Assembly (NCBI GenBank): GCA_965203315.1
Contig: OZ241857.1
Coordinates: 608,001-672,000, forward strand
Reading direction: 5' to 3'
DNA: 64,000 nt
From: Nitrosopumilus sp.
Lineage (GTDB): Archaea > Thermoproteota > Nitrososphaeria > Nitrososphaerales > Nitrosopumilaceae
In this document: positions 49,590-58,058 of the stretch, piece by piece
Layout: the number at the start of each line of letters is the position of its first letter
Numbering within the stretch: position 1 is the stretch's first letter
Position numbers and translations under genes: made by a program
Notes under the pieces: model-generated
Databases searched by the model: none
Seen by the model: only the letters and a program-made list of their open reading frames with translations
Told to the model about the DNA's origin: nothing

Positions 49590-50140
49590 TTTGTGCCTCC
49601 ATAGTGTGTCTGATAGATGTGATCTAGAGTGATCTCGGCTGCCTTTTCGTTTGCTACACGTTGATAGTTTTGTGGACTCTGCTCCAACTGATCAATCTTG
49701 ATCAAAAAGTAACACACAGCTGCTCTAATCACAATACTGCGAATCGTAGTGACCTTGGAGTTTGGTATGTATCCATCCTCTTCTAATCCCTGGAATATCC
49801 GTTGAACCAAATCAGACGCTACGATCTTGTTGACTATATGAATGGCAGACGGAGTAAGACCAGTAGATATGCTCGTCATGTGCTTACTCCGTCTATTGAT
49901 CTTGTGTTTATGGTCTGGTACGAGATCTCGATATATCTCTGCTAATAGTTTGTCTGTAGATATTCGATTACCACATCGGCGTAGGATCTCAATCTCTTGA
50001 AGTCTTGGCAACTCTTCTAGGAATAGAGCGATTGCACAACGTATCAAGGTGCATTTGTTGAAGGACAGTCCAATCTCATATAGACGCGCAAATACTTTAG
50101 ACTCTGCAATTACTCGATCAATAATGACACTACTGTTCAT
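49586..50140 (-). CDS. Putative DNA-binding regulator with two RHH-like helices; first gene of the operon
   Basis: Internal repeat KCTLIRCAIALFL / RSIVIRAAVCYFL resembles RHH helix 2. Confidence 0.5.
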   Translation of the reverse strand: MNSSVIIDRVIAESKVFARLYEIGLSFNKCTLIRCAIALFLEELPRLQEIEILRRCGNRISTDKLLAEIYRDLVPDHKHKINRRSKHMTSISTGLTPSAIHIVNKIVASDLVQRIFQGLEEDGYIPNSKVTTIRSIVIRAAVCYFLIKIDQLEQSPQNYQRVANEKAAEITLDHIYQTHYGGTK

Positions 50141-50790
50141 AGTGATCGAACATGCGATCCCTGTATCTATGCCACTAGACAGGTGCCACCACCATACTCA
50201 TATCCAACATTTGTCCAACATTATTCACACATGTGTTGTTTATAACTGTATCCATAGTCACGAATGGAATTGTTTTTCTGTTTACTCTTGCATGTGTGGT
50301 GAGACGGAATTTACCTCGTGCAGAACAGCTAACATCAAATTATGATACTGAACACCAGGAAAATTATCATGTTCGCAACCATGTTATAGTTCAATACAAT
50401 CAAGTTGGCAAAAAATATCAAATTTTTTTTACACTAGATCTCAATAATATATTATTGCAAAATCAATAACACATTATTAGAAACATCTGAAAAAAAATAA
50501 ATTATTATATGACATAAGCGTATATTGATCGGGTCTTGTGGGGTTAGTGTAAAAGCTATACTCGAACATTTGTCCAAAATGGTTTTGAGCCCCACGAGGC
50601 ACGTCTCTGTAATGGATCATTGTGTGGTTCAGCATATATGCAAATTTCGTATACTGTGGAATTGTTTGTCATCGTAGATGATAAAGTAACCGTCGAATCA
50701 GATATACGAGTTTCTAGATCGGTTCTCATACTGCCGTATATGCAAGATGACATATTGGCAGATATGGTAGCACATACCACAAAATTTCTC

Positions 50791-51153
50791 TCACACACGT
50801 TTTGTATTATTTGAACATATATTTAAGAATTTACCATACATTACGGTATAAAAGTGGCTTTCATTATACATGATAGTGATATGATAATGACAGCATAATG
50901 ACAGTATGCGACCAACTAGGACCGGTATTCTCAGAAGATCTTGCATCCACGGATGTAACATACATTGATAGTGATGCGACTCTTGTACCTCGTAGGTGTC
51001 ATCGTCAAAGGTTATGCTAATTGTGTGTCTCGGATCTATATCATACAACCACAATTGACCCACCGTTGCTTCTTGGGTTCTGTTCAATTGACGGGGGTTG
51101 GCATTTTCTGCACAAAATTCTCGAAACTTTGCAAAATATGGAAACTGACTCAT
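50791..51153 (-). pseudogene. Cupredoxin (plastocyanin/azurin-like) gene remnant
   Basis: SITFDD...HYQCMLHPWMQ copper-ligand motif in an otherwise unconvincing ORF with no signal peptide. Confidence 0.5.
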
Positions 51154-51322
51154 ATCGACTAACGTGAATTGTTGCTGTTTTGAGTCTCATACTGTATGTT
51201 CTGAGATAACGTCATAACGATCTCAACCCCTTCTCCTCCGTCAATTGAACAGAACCTAGCCATATAATATAGATAGTCAAAAAGGATAATATTATAGTAT
51301 TTTACTATAATAACTAGATAAC

Positions 51323-52390
51323 ATGCTGGATTTAACATACAAAGTACTAGACGTACTGTCACGAAGGATAGGGATTCCCACATCCATTAGTGAAAGCAAA
51401 AGAGAGATTAAAGAGAGATATAATAGTGCTCATTACGCCAACACTTATGAAAAGATCAAGCAACTAGAACAAGAAGAGATCATATTACTAGCAAAGATAG
51501 GCAAGTCAACATTGGTGTCCCTAAATTTCGACAGTTATGTTATCGTGGATATGCTTGCAGAGATGGAGTTTAAACGCAAACGTGAATTTGTACGAGGGAG
51601 ACAAGAGTTACAGATTCTTTTGTCAGATATCTATACTCATCTACTCAAAATTCCTCTAATATCTTATGCATTACTGATATATCCAGAAAAGAATGCGAGA
51701 TTGAACAAGATAGAGATGCTAGTGCATCTAAAAGAATCCAATGCCAAAAGAGCAACTGGAACAAAGATCAATATTCATACAGCAGTAAAAAGATTGCAAA
51801 GAATCTACAACATAAGAATAGATTGTCTCACATTAGAAGATATAGCATTTCTAGATCTGCTCAAATCAAACGAACATAACATGATCAGAGAGATGTTGTA
51901 TGACAAGATTGTAATATTGCACCCACAAGACTTTTGGCTGACTGTAAAAGATGAGGTGTCAGGAGTCAAAGTATCAGATGTAAAATGCGAAGATGTTCCC
52001 AAGATAGATCAAAAAGATATCACATACAATCTCGCAAGATTTGGATATACAGGGATCGGTAACAAAGTTGAACAAGGCAAGCTGTTCTGTATAGAGTACA
52101 TTATAACTGCAGTAATGTTTCATGATGATATAAGGACAGTAGAATCCATTCCAGTAATTATTGCAAAGAATCCAAAGATAAAGTACGATCTATTATTGTT
52201 TCTAGCACAAAAGTACGAGTTCGGTGATAGACTACTCGGCATACTACGAGCATTAAGGGATATGCCAATATACGAAATCGAGGTTGTGGACGAGCCAATA
52301 AAGCTGTTAGAAACAACAGGAGTAAAAGAGGCAAACATGGACATCAACGACATCAAGGAAAGATTGAGAGTATACAATGTCACTAGATAA
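51323..52390 (+). CDS. wHTH + nucleotidyltransferase-like protein, putative antitoxin/regulator
   Basis: N-terminal wHTH (SISE...YANTYEKIKQLEQEEII...IGKS). Overlaps the downstream NTase gene. Confidence 0.6.
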   Translation: MLDLTYKVLDVLSRRIGIPTSISESKREIKERYNSAHYANTYEKIKQLEQEEIILLAKIGKSTLVSLNFDSYVIVDMLAEMEFKRKREFVRGRQELQILLSDIYTHLLKIPLISYALLIYPEKNARLNKIEMLVHLKESNAKRATGTKINIHTAVKRLQRIYNIRIDCLTLEDIAFLDLLKSNEHNMIREMLYDKIVILHPQDFWLTVKDEVSGVKVSDVKCEDVPKIDQKDITYNLARFGYTGIGNKVEQGKLFCIEYIITAVMFHDDIRTVESIPVIIAKNPKIKYDLLLFLAQKYEFGDRLLGILRALRDMPIYEIEVVDEPIKLLETTGVKEANMDINDIKERLRVYNVTR

Positions 52391-52886
52391 AGCAAAACTA
52401 TTAAATTTTTTAAATGAGATAGACAGAAAGATCTCAAAAAGAATCACAATAGTTGCAGTAGGAGGTACAGCCATGACTCTGCTAAACCTAAAACAATCTA
52501 CACTAGATGTTGATTTTACCATTCCGTGTGAATATTATGAAGAATTCGAATCTGCAAGAAAAATTGTACAGCCCGGCTTCCGAATAGATGTTTATAAGGG
52601 CGGTAGTGTATTCATAACAGTTCTGCCCGAAGATTATCTAGAAAGGAGCATTCCAATCATAACTAATTTTAAAAGTATCGATCTGAGATCTTTAGATCCT
52701 GTAGATATCGTAATTACAAAAATTGCAAGACTCAACGATAGAGACAAGAGAGACATAAAATCATGTATAACTAATTTTAACATTACACAAACACAGATCG
52801 ATCAGAGAGCAATAGACATAAACTATTCAGGAAATGACGAGATTTTTATTTGTAACCTCAATAAGGTGCTAGTGGAATTTTTTTAA
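52377..52886 (+). CDS. DUF6036/AbiEii-like nucleotidyltransferase, putative toxin
   Basis: VAVGGTAM...STLDVDF (GG...DxD) and DIVITKIAR...RDKRDI. Confidence 0.8.
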   Translation: MSLDKAKLLNFLNEIDRKISKRITIVAVGGTAMTLLNLKQSTLDVDFTIPCEYYEEFESARKIVQPGFRIDVYKGGSVFITVLPEDYLERSIPIITNFKSIDLRSLDPVDIVITKIARLNDRDKRDIKSCITNFNITQTQIDQRAIDINYSGNDEIFICNLNKVLVEFF

Positions 52887-52906
52887 AATATATGCAATTA
52901 TGGATA

Positions 52907-53110
52907 TCAAGCCCCCAACATGTATTGCATTAGCAAATCAAACAGATCGCATTCTCGATTATTGTATCGCCACTTCATCTCTTTGAGACACAGTAAGAAT
53001 TTCTTTGAACTCACACCACGATACTTTACCAAGTTCAATTTAGCAAATCCCCGGCATCCTTCCATGTCGTTGATGTACACATCGCCTTTTGCAAAAAGAA
53101 CTGGCGATTA
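52907..53110 (-). pseudogene. IS1595-family transposase C-terminal remnant
   Basis: FAKGDVYINDMEGCRGFAK...YRGVS...F.L.LKEMKWRYNNR matches the N..EGFW...K...GV...YL.E..WRYN pattern. Confidence 0.7.
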
Positions 53111-53122
53111 GGTATCCATTGT

Positions 53123-54579
53123 GCTCTGTTCAATGAATAGGCACAAAACCGCAAAATTTCTCATTAGTTGATACTCAACTGCGTCAAATTCGAAGATGAT
53201 TAGAGATTATGAAATTAAATTGCATGTTAGTTTGCTTTTAATTATGATTTCATTTTTTGTGATGTAATTTAAAATTAAATGAAAAGATCTATATAGGGTA
53301 TCTATTTTCTACAAGATATTGAAACGTAAAACAAGTCAACATTCAAAGTTTTAAAAGATAAAAAAGTTCAAAATAAAGAAAGAAATAAAATAAGAAGAAT
53401 AGCAAAGCAACTTAGTAATGGTTCAACGGTCAGATATGTTTTGTTATTATTTGAATTTGGAGTAATCGATATTGAGGAACTTGCAGAACTGTTTAGTAAA
53501 GAATTAAAAAAGATGAACGCAAAGAAACGTGGCGGTCAATACGCCTATTCGGAATCTTTTTTGAGATGTGCTGCAATGATAAGAGCTAAGCGAGGATTAT
53601 CGTATAGAGAATTAGAAGACGAATTAAAACGATTTTTTCCTGATTTCGATATACCAGCTTATACTACATTATTTACTAGAATAAATGACAAGGAGGTAGA
53701 CATTTTAAATGATATCGTAGTTGCAGATCATTTTAAAGAAGTCATTCTTTCCCTGGATGCCTCTGGATTTACACAACACGCAGGCGGTAGATGGATCGAG
53801 TTTAGGTTCGAGAAAGAAAAGGACAAAGTAAAGAAGAAAGGATTTGTTAAATTACACCCAATCATAGACGTAAAAACAAAGGCAATACTAGGATGTACCA
53901 TTACAACCGATTCTGAAGCAGATTCATCTCAATTTATTGAACTCGTTGAATTTGCGCTTGGTATGCTCCAAAAATGTTGTAATATTAATGACATAGAGAT
54001 TAAAATTCTAGCTGATAAAGGCTACGACACAGTTGAAATCTTTGAGTACTGTAAAAAGCGTGGGATTAAACCAATAATTCCAATAAGATACACTGCTAAA
54101 ACATATCTTGAAACTGTTAGAAGTAAAACCGCTCAGATTCAGTTAACTTTTGGCTCAAAATGCAAAGATGTGACAAAGATCACAAAAGAAGATAGATTAA
54201 AAAATCAAGCAAGATGGGGAAGAAAAAACGGTTATGGTGAGCGCTCTGCATCGGAAGGTGTATTTTCTACAATGAAGCGTCTGTTTGGTGAAGGTTTAAA
54301 ATCGATATTGTGGGAACACATGGTTCAAGAATTGTTATTTAGGGTTGCCGCACATAACTTGAGAATAATTAAAAAACAAATACTTGCAAACCTTTGATTT
54401 TTTTAATGATTTCTAACTTTTGATTGTCAGAATCTTGTTCATTTTGTAGTAAAAAACAACATTTCAGTACAACAAGCTTTAATTTTAAAGTGAAATTGAT
54501 TCCAAATTGCACATCGGATGTGTTTTCATCTAAACCACCACTAAACCATCATATTGCAAAAATATTCATTGAACAGAGC
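53123..54579 (+). mobile_element. IS5-family (IS903-like) insertion sequence
   Basis: 17-bp TIR gctctgttcaatgaata / tattcattgaacagagc. No matching target duplication is visible. Confidence 0.85.
53441..54397 (+). CDS. IS5-family transposase (may start further upstream)
   Basis: RGGQYAYS, LSYRELE, IPAYTTL, LDASG, FVKLH, LADKGYD, YGERSASEGVFS.MKR.FG. Confidence 0.9.
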   Translation: MLLFEFGVIDIEELAELFSKELKKMNAKKRGGQYAYSESFLRCAAMIRAKRGLSYRELEDELKRFFPDFDIPAYTTLFTRINDKEVDILNDIVVADHFKEVILSLDASGFTQHAGGRWIEFRFEKEKDKVKKKGFVKLHPIIDVKTKAILGCTITTDSEADSSQFIELVEFALGMLQKCCNINDIEIKILADKGYDTVEIFEYCKKRGIKPIIPIRYTAKTYLETVRSKTAQIQLTFGSKCKDVTKITKEDRLKNQARWGRKNGYGERSASEGVFSTMKRLFGEGLKSILWEHMVQELLFRVAAHNLRIIKKQILANL

Positions 54580-54653
54580 TAAACAGATGGTAATAGAGAC
54601 ACAATCTGTTTTGCACTGGAAATGAAGGTGTGGGGGCAAGAGATATTGGAACA

Positions 54654-54741
54654 TGTAGTGTGTAAACATGGACACCGAATGCACAAACTAGATGAGAAAA
54701 AGGTACGATACATCATTCGAGAAAAACGTAAAGGCACCAAA
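54654..54741 (+). pseudogene. Left end and first codons of an IS481-like element
   Basis: TGT-initiated end (tgtagtgtgtaaac) followed by MHKLDEKKVRYIIREKRKGT, resembling archaeal IS481-type transposase N-termini, then truncated. Confidence 0.5.
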
Positions 54742-54869
54742 GCGACTATTTCAAAAATATTTTACAACCAATATGTAAAAAATCTTAATTACAAAAACAC
54801 ATGTGCGATTTTTATTCGATGAAATAACACATGATATCGAAAAACAATGTCGTTATGAAATTTTAACAC

Positions 54870-55050
54870 TCAACTCGCTGATTAAAAACACCAAAAACAA
54901 CTTCATCCCACGTTAAGTTAAAAGAACCTCGAGTTATCATCATTCCAGAAATAATTGTACTGTTCGATTTTTTCATACCTCCGTATACTTTAAAATTGTC
55001 TTGGAGTCATCCATTAAAACGCTCTTCTATGTTGTTGTTTGATCAGACTG
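54870..55050 (-). pseudogene. Degenerate DDE transposase (IS6-like) C-terminal remnant
   Basis: SNNNIEERFNG*LQDNFKVYGGMKK resembles the NN..ER.NG..R...K..RG.K motif and contains an internal stop. Confidence 0.5.
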
Positions 55051-55171
55051 TATGCGTATTTCTTACATCATACTCACCTTTTAGGGTACAATAAAACACA
55101 TGTGTAATTTCTAGAGGCAAATTGATCCACGGTTGTCATGTTTGATGATTGGGCGTCAGCACTCTTAATAA

Positions 55172-55555
55172 CATGTATACAGTCTTGATGAGTACATAGA
55201 GAAACTAGAAGCCAAGAAAGACAAACTAAAAGAAAAGAAAGACAACTGGAAAGATAGATTACAAGAATTCAAAGAGAATCTAAGAGTAGCCTTTGAAACA
55301 GATACCAAGACTAAAGAACATTTGATCCAATTAGCTAAATCATGTAAAGATGCCACTACTGGACTATCTGATCTGCAGTCTAGATTCAATACTCTAGAAA
55401 CTGAGCATGCAACTCTAAAATCTCAATATACAACTCTACAAACCAACTCCACTCAAACTCAATCTAAACTATCTGAAGCGTTGTTCACAATAGAGAAACT
55501 AACAACTGAACTGAATGAAGCCAAGAAACAGATTGAGGAGTTAGAAAGTCCATGA
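55172..55555 (+). pseudogene. 5'-truncated member of the secreted coiled-coil family
   Basis: Open frame LDEYIEKLEAKKDKLKEKKDNWK...FTIEKLTTELNEAKKQIEELESP matches the tails of 35378-36358 and 5882-6688. No signal peptide; IS debris lies immediately upstream. Confidence 0.7.
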
Positions 55556-55574
55556 GTTATGACTTTACAAGTAG

Positions 55575-56351
55575 CTAGATTGGCTTTCTCACTTCACGTG
55601 TGAATGCATATGCAGAGATCGAGACCATTACCAGAGCAAAGATACCAATTATGCCTATACTGAACGCGACAGAGATGCCGGCTTCGGTCACACCAGTCAT
55701 CAGTCCACGAACCATCAAGACTGCATATGTTACAGGGTTGAATTGTGCTGCAGTTGCAAGCCATTCAGGTAACAAGTCCAAAGGAAAGAGAGCAGGACTC
55801 AGAATAAAGAGAGGCATGCTCAAAAAGTTTACCAGTGCTCCAAATGTCTCATGTGACTTTGCAATGGTAGCTATTAAGACGGATATTCCAGAGAATCCAA
55901 ACGAAAATAGAACGACTGTAGCCATCACAGGAATAATCATCAACAAATTCGGAAACGTGGCGCCTATAGCTATAGCAATGCCCAAGACAACACTAGATTG
56001 AAGTGTCGCAATAAGAGATATCGCACTAATCTTACCAAGTGCTATAGATAGACGAGATGCAGGTGAGATTAATGCACGATTTATGAAGCCGTATCGCCTA
56101 TCCCATAATGTTCCAAAACCACCATATATGCTTGTAAAGATGGCAGTGAGAATTATGATGCCAGGTGTCATAAACTCGATATACTTTCCTTCAAAACCCA
56201 CTGCAGCTATTAGAGACTCGGTTCCAGCAAATGTATTGCCGACCACAATTATCCATATTGCTGGCTGGATCAGTCTGATGATCATGCCGCTACGTGATTT
56301 TTTGTACCGTTTGAACTCACGCCAGAGGATCATATATGTATCATTTATCAT
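55575..56351 (-). CDS. ABC-2 type exporter permease (DrrB-like)
   Basis: Six-TM pattern, Y.EFM.PGI, DRRYGF, LPEWL...AQFNPVTYAV. Confidence 0.93.
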   Translation of the reverse strand: MINDTYMILWREFKRYKKSRSGMIIRLIQPAIWIIVVGNTFAGTESLIAAVGFEGKYIEFMTPGIIILTAIFTSIYGGFGTLWDRRYGFINRALISPASRLSIALGKISAISLIATLQSSVVLGIAIAIGATFPNLLMIIPVMATVVLFSFGFSGISVLIATIAKSHETFGALVNFLSMPLFILSPALFPLDLLPEWLATAAQFNPVTYAVLMVRGLMTGVTEAGISVAFSIGIIGIFALVMVSISAYAFTREVRKPI

Positions 56352-57412
56352 CTCTTGAGCTCCTCTCTTTTGACACCTTTGTCATAAAACTGTCCAAATC
56401 CCCAACGTCGTGTATTCAAAAATCCTTTCAGTTTAGAACTCGTACTCTTGTTTCGTTTAGTTTCATCACGTATCTCGCGTCCAGTATACGAGATAAATAC
56501 ATCATCCAAGGTTGGTTTGGTAAGTGAGATCGAATCAACCTTTGTATGGTTATTTGCAGCTAGTCGAAATACCTCTGGAATGATCGTCGCACCGTTTGAG
56601 ACAAAGATGGTTAGATTTTCACCGCTGTTTGTTACACGAGATACATCTGGCAGAGATTCTATAGCGTGGACGAGTGATGCAATGTTGTCAGAGTTGCCCA
56701 ACACGACAGATATAATCTCGTTACCTAGAGCGTTCTTCATGTTTGTCGGAGTGTCAATCACTTGAATTTTACCATAGTCGATTATTCCGATGTGATCACA
56801 TAGTTGATCAGCCTCCTCCATATAATGAGTGGTGAGAAATATCGTCATCTTGAACTCATCATGAAGGCGCTGTATATACTCCCAGATCTTTCTTCTAGTC
56901 TGGATATCAAGGCCAACGGTAGGCTCATCTAGGAATAGAATCTTGGGACGGTGCAATAAACCACATGCGATATCTAGTCGCTTTCGCATCCCGCCAGAGT
57001 ACTTTACAACATAGTCGTTCTGTTTATCTCCAAGCTCGATCATGTCGATCAGATTATCGACTCGTGACTCGACATCGCTCTTTGGAACATGGCTCAGGTT
57101 TGCTTGAAAGATCAGGTTCTCTCTGCCAGTGAGGTGATAGTCCACAGTAGAGTCTTGCTGTACATAGCCAATATTTGCTCGAACTTGCTTTGCGTTGCTC
57201 TGTACATCGAATCCAGCAACCTTTACACTACCCAAAGTTGGTTTGAGTAGAGTCGTAAGGATCATAATCGTTGTGCTTTTGCCTGCACCGTTTGGTCCAA
57301 GAAATCCAAAGATCTCACCATCGTCAACTGTAAATGATATGTCTTTTACTGCAACAAGATCGTCAAACGATTTTGTTAGATTGCGAGCTTCTATAGCATA
57401 CATGATCTTCAA
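56348..57412 (-). CDS. ABC exporter ATP-binding protein (DrrA-like)
   Basis: GPNGAGKS, YSGGMRKR, LFLDEPT, TTHYMEEA, C-terminal PTLDDVF. Confidence 0.95.
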   Translation of the reverse strand: MKIMYAIEARNLTKSFDDLVAVKDISFTVDDGEIFGFLGPNGAGKSTTIMILTTLLKPTLGSVKVAGFDVQSNAKQVRANIGYVQQDSTVDYHLTGRENLIFQANLSHVPKSDVESRVDNLIDMIELGDKQNDYVVKYSGGMRKRLDIACGLLHRPKILFLDEPTVGLDIQTRRKIWEYIQRLHDEFKMTIFLTTHYMEEADQLCDHIGIIDYGKIQVIDTPTNMKNALGNEIISVVLGNSDNIASLVHAIESLPDVSRVTNSGENLTIFVSNGATIIPEVFRLAANNHTKVDSISLTKPTLDDVFISYTGREIRDETKRNKSTSSKLKGFLNTRRWGFGQFYDKGVKREELKR

Positions 57413-57778
57413 ATTACATTGTAATTATAAATCCGTAATCACTTGCTAGTACAAGCAACAATCTCACGCATATGTTCATGGATGCGTCTGCCTTGTCACA
57501 TGTCAGCAACCTTCAAACAGTCATTATCCAACATGAATCGCCTGGCTCGTTCAGATGTGAAAGTTTGTGCTCTTGTCTGAGTCAAAAATAGATACCGATA
57601 GTTCTTTTTAGTGGTTGTCCATACTCTACGATATGAATAACAAGATGTTTTTAGATTCCTCCTATCCACAATCGAGAGATCATTAAAGCACATAAGGGGC
57701 ATGATTCCGAATCAGAATATGTCAAATAGCAAGATTCAAATGGGAGAAAAACTAGCCCCCCATCGGATGATACGGATT

Positions 57779-57990
57779 ACTCAACTCTCAAACTCAACTC
57801 TCAAACTCAACTCTCAAACTCAACTCTCAAACTCAACTCTCAAACTCAACTCTCAAACTCAACTCTCAAACTCAACTCTCAAACTCAACTCTCAAACTCA
57901 ACTCTCAAACTCAACTCTCAAACTCAACTCTCAAACTCAACTCTCAAACTCAACTCTCAAACTCAACTCTCAAACTCAACTCTCAAACTC
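57779..57990. repeat. Perfect tandem repeat, 13-bp unit actcaactctcaa x16.3
   Basis: 212 bp read directly. Ends 68 bp upstream of the Type III mod TTG start and is followed by hairpin cctccg-gttgg-cggagg. Confidence 0.97.
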
Positions 57991-58058
57991 TTAGAGCAAA
58001 CCTCCGGTTGGCGGAGGATTATTCGACAGGTGGTGGTAAAATTAGAGGTGAACTCTAA

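Noticed and set aside
55575-57412. DrrAB-like ABC exporter as a novel or resistance finding
   Set aside because: A widespread ordinary archaeal ABC-2 exporter; substrate cannot be inferred from sequence.
57450-57702. Possible IS3-type integrase remnant (QTFTSE...DM*QGR)
   Set aside because: Resemblance is weak and no terminal repeats were found, so it is not supportable by eye.
57779-57990. Possible CRISPR array (also 33973-34041 and 46476-46549)
   Set aside because: Units are contiguous with no spacers, too short, and no cas genes are present.
57701-57994. ORF with (QTQLSNSTLKLNS)n repeats
   Set aside because: It is the translation of the stop-free 13-bp tandem repeat, with no evidence of coding.
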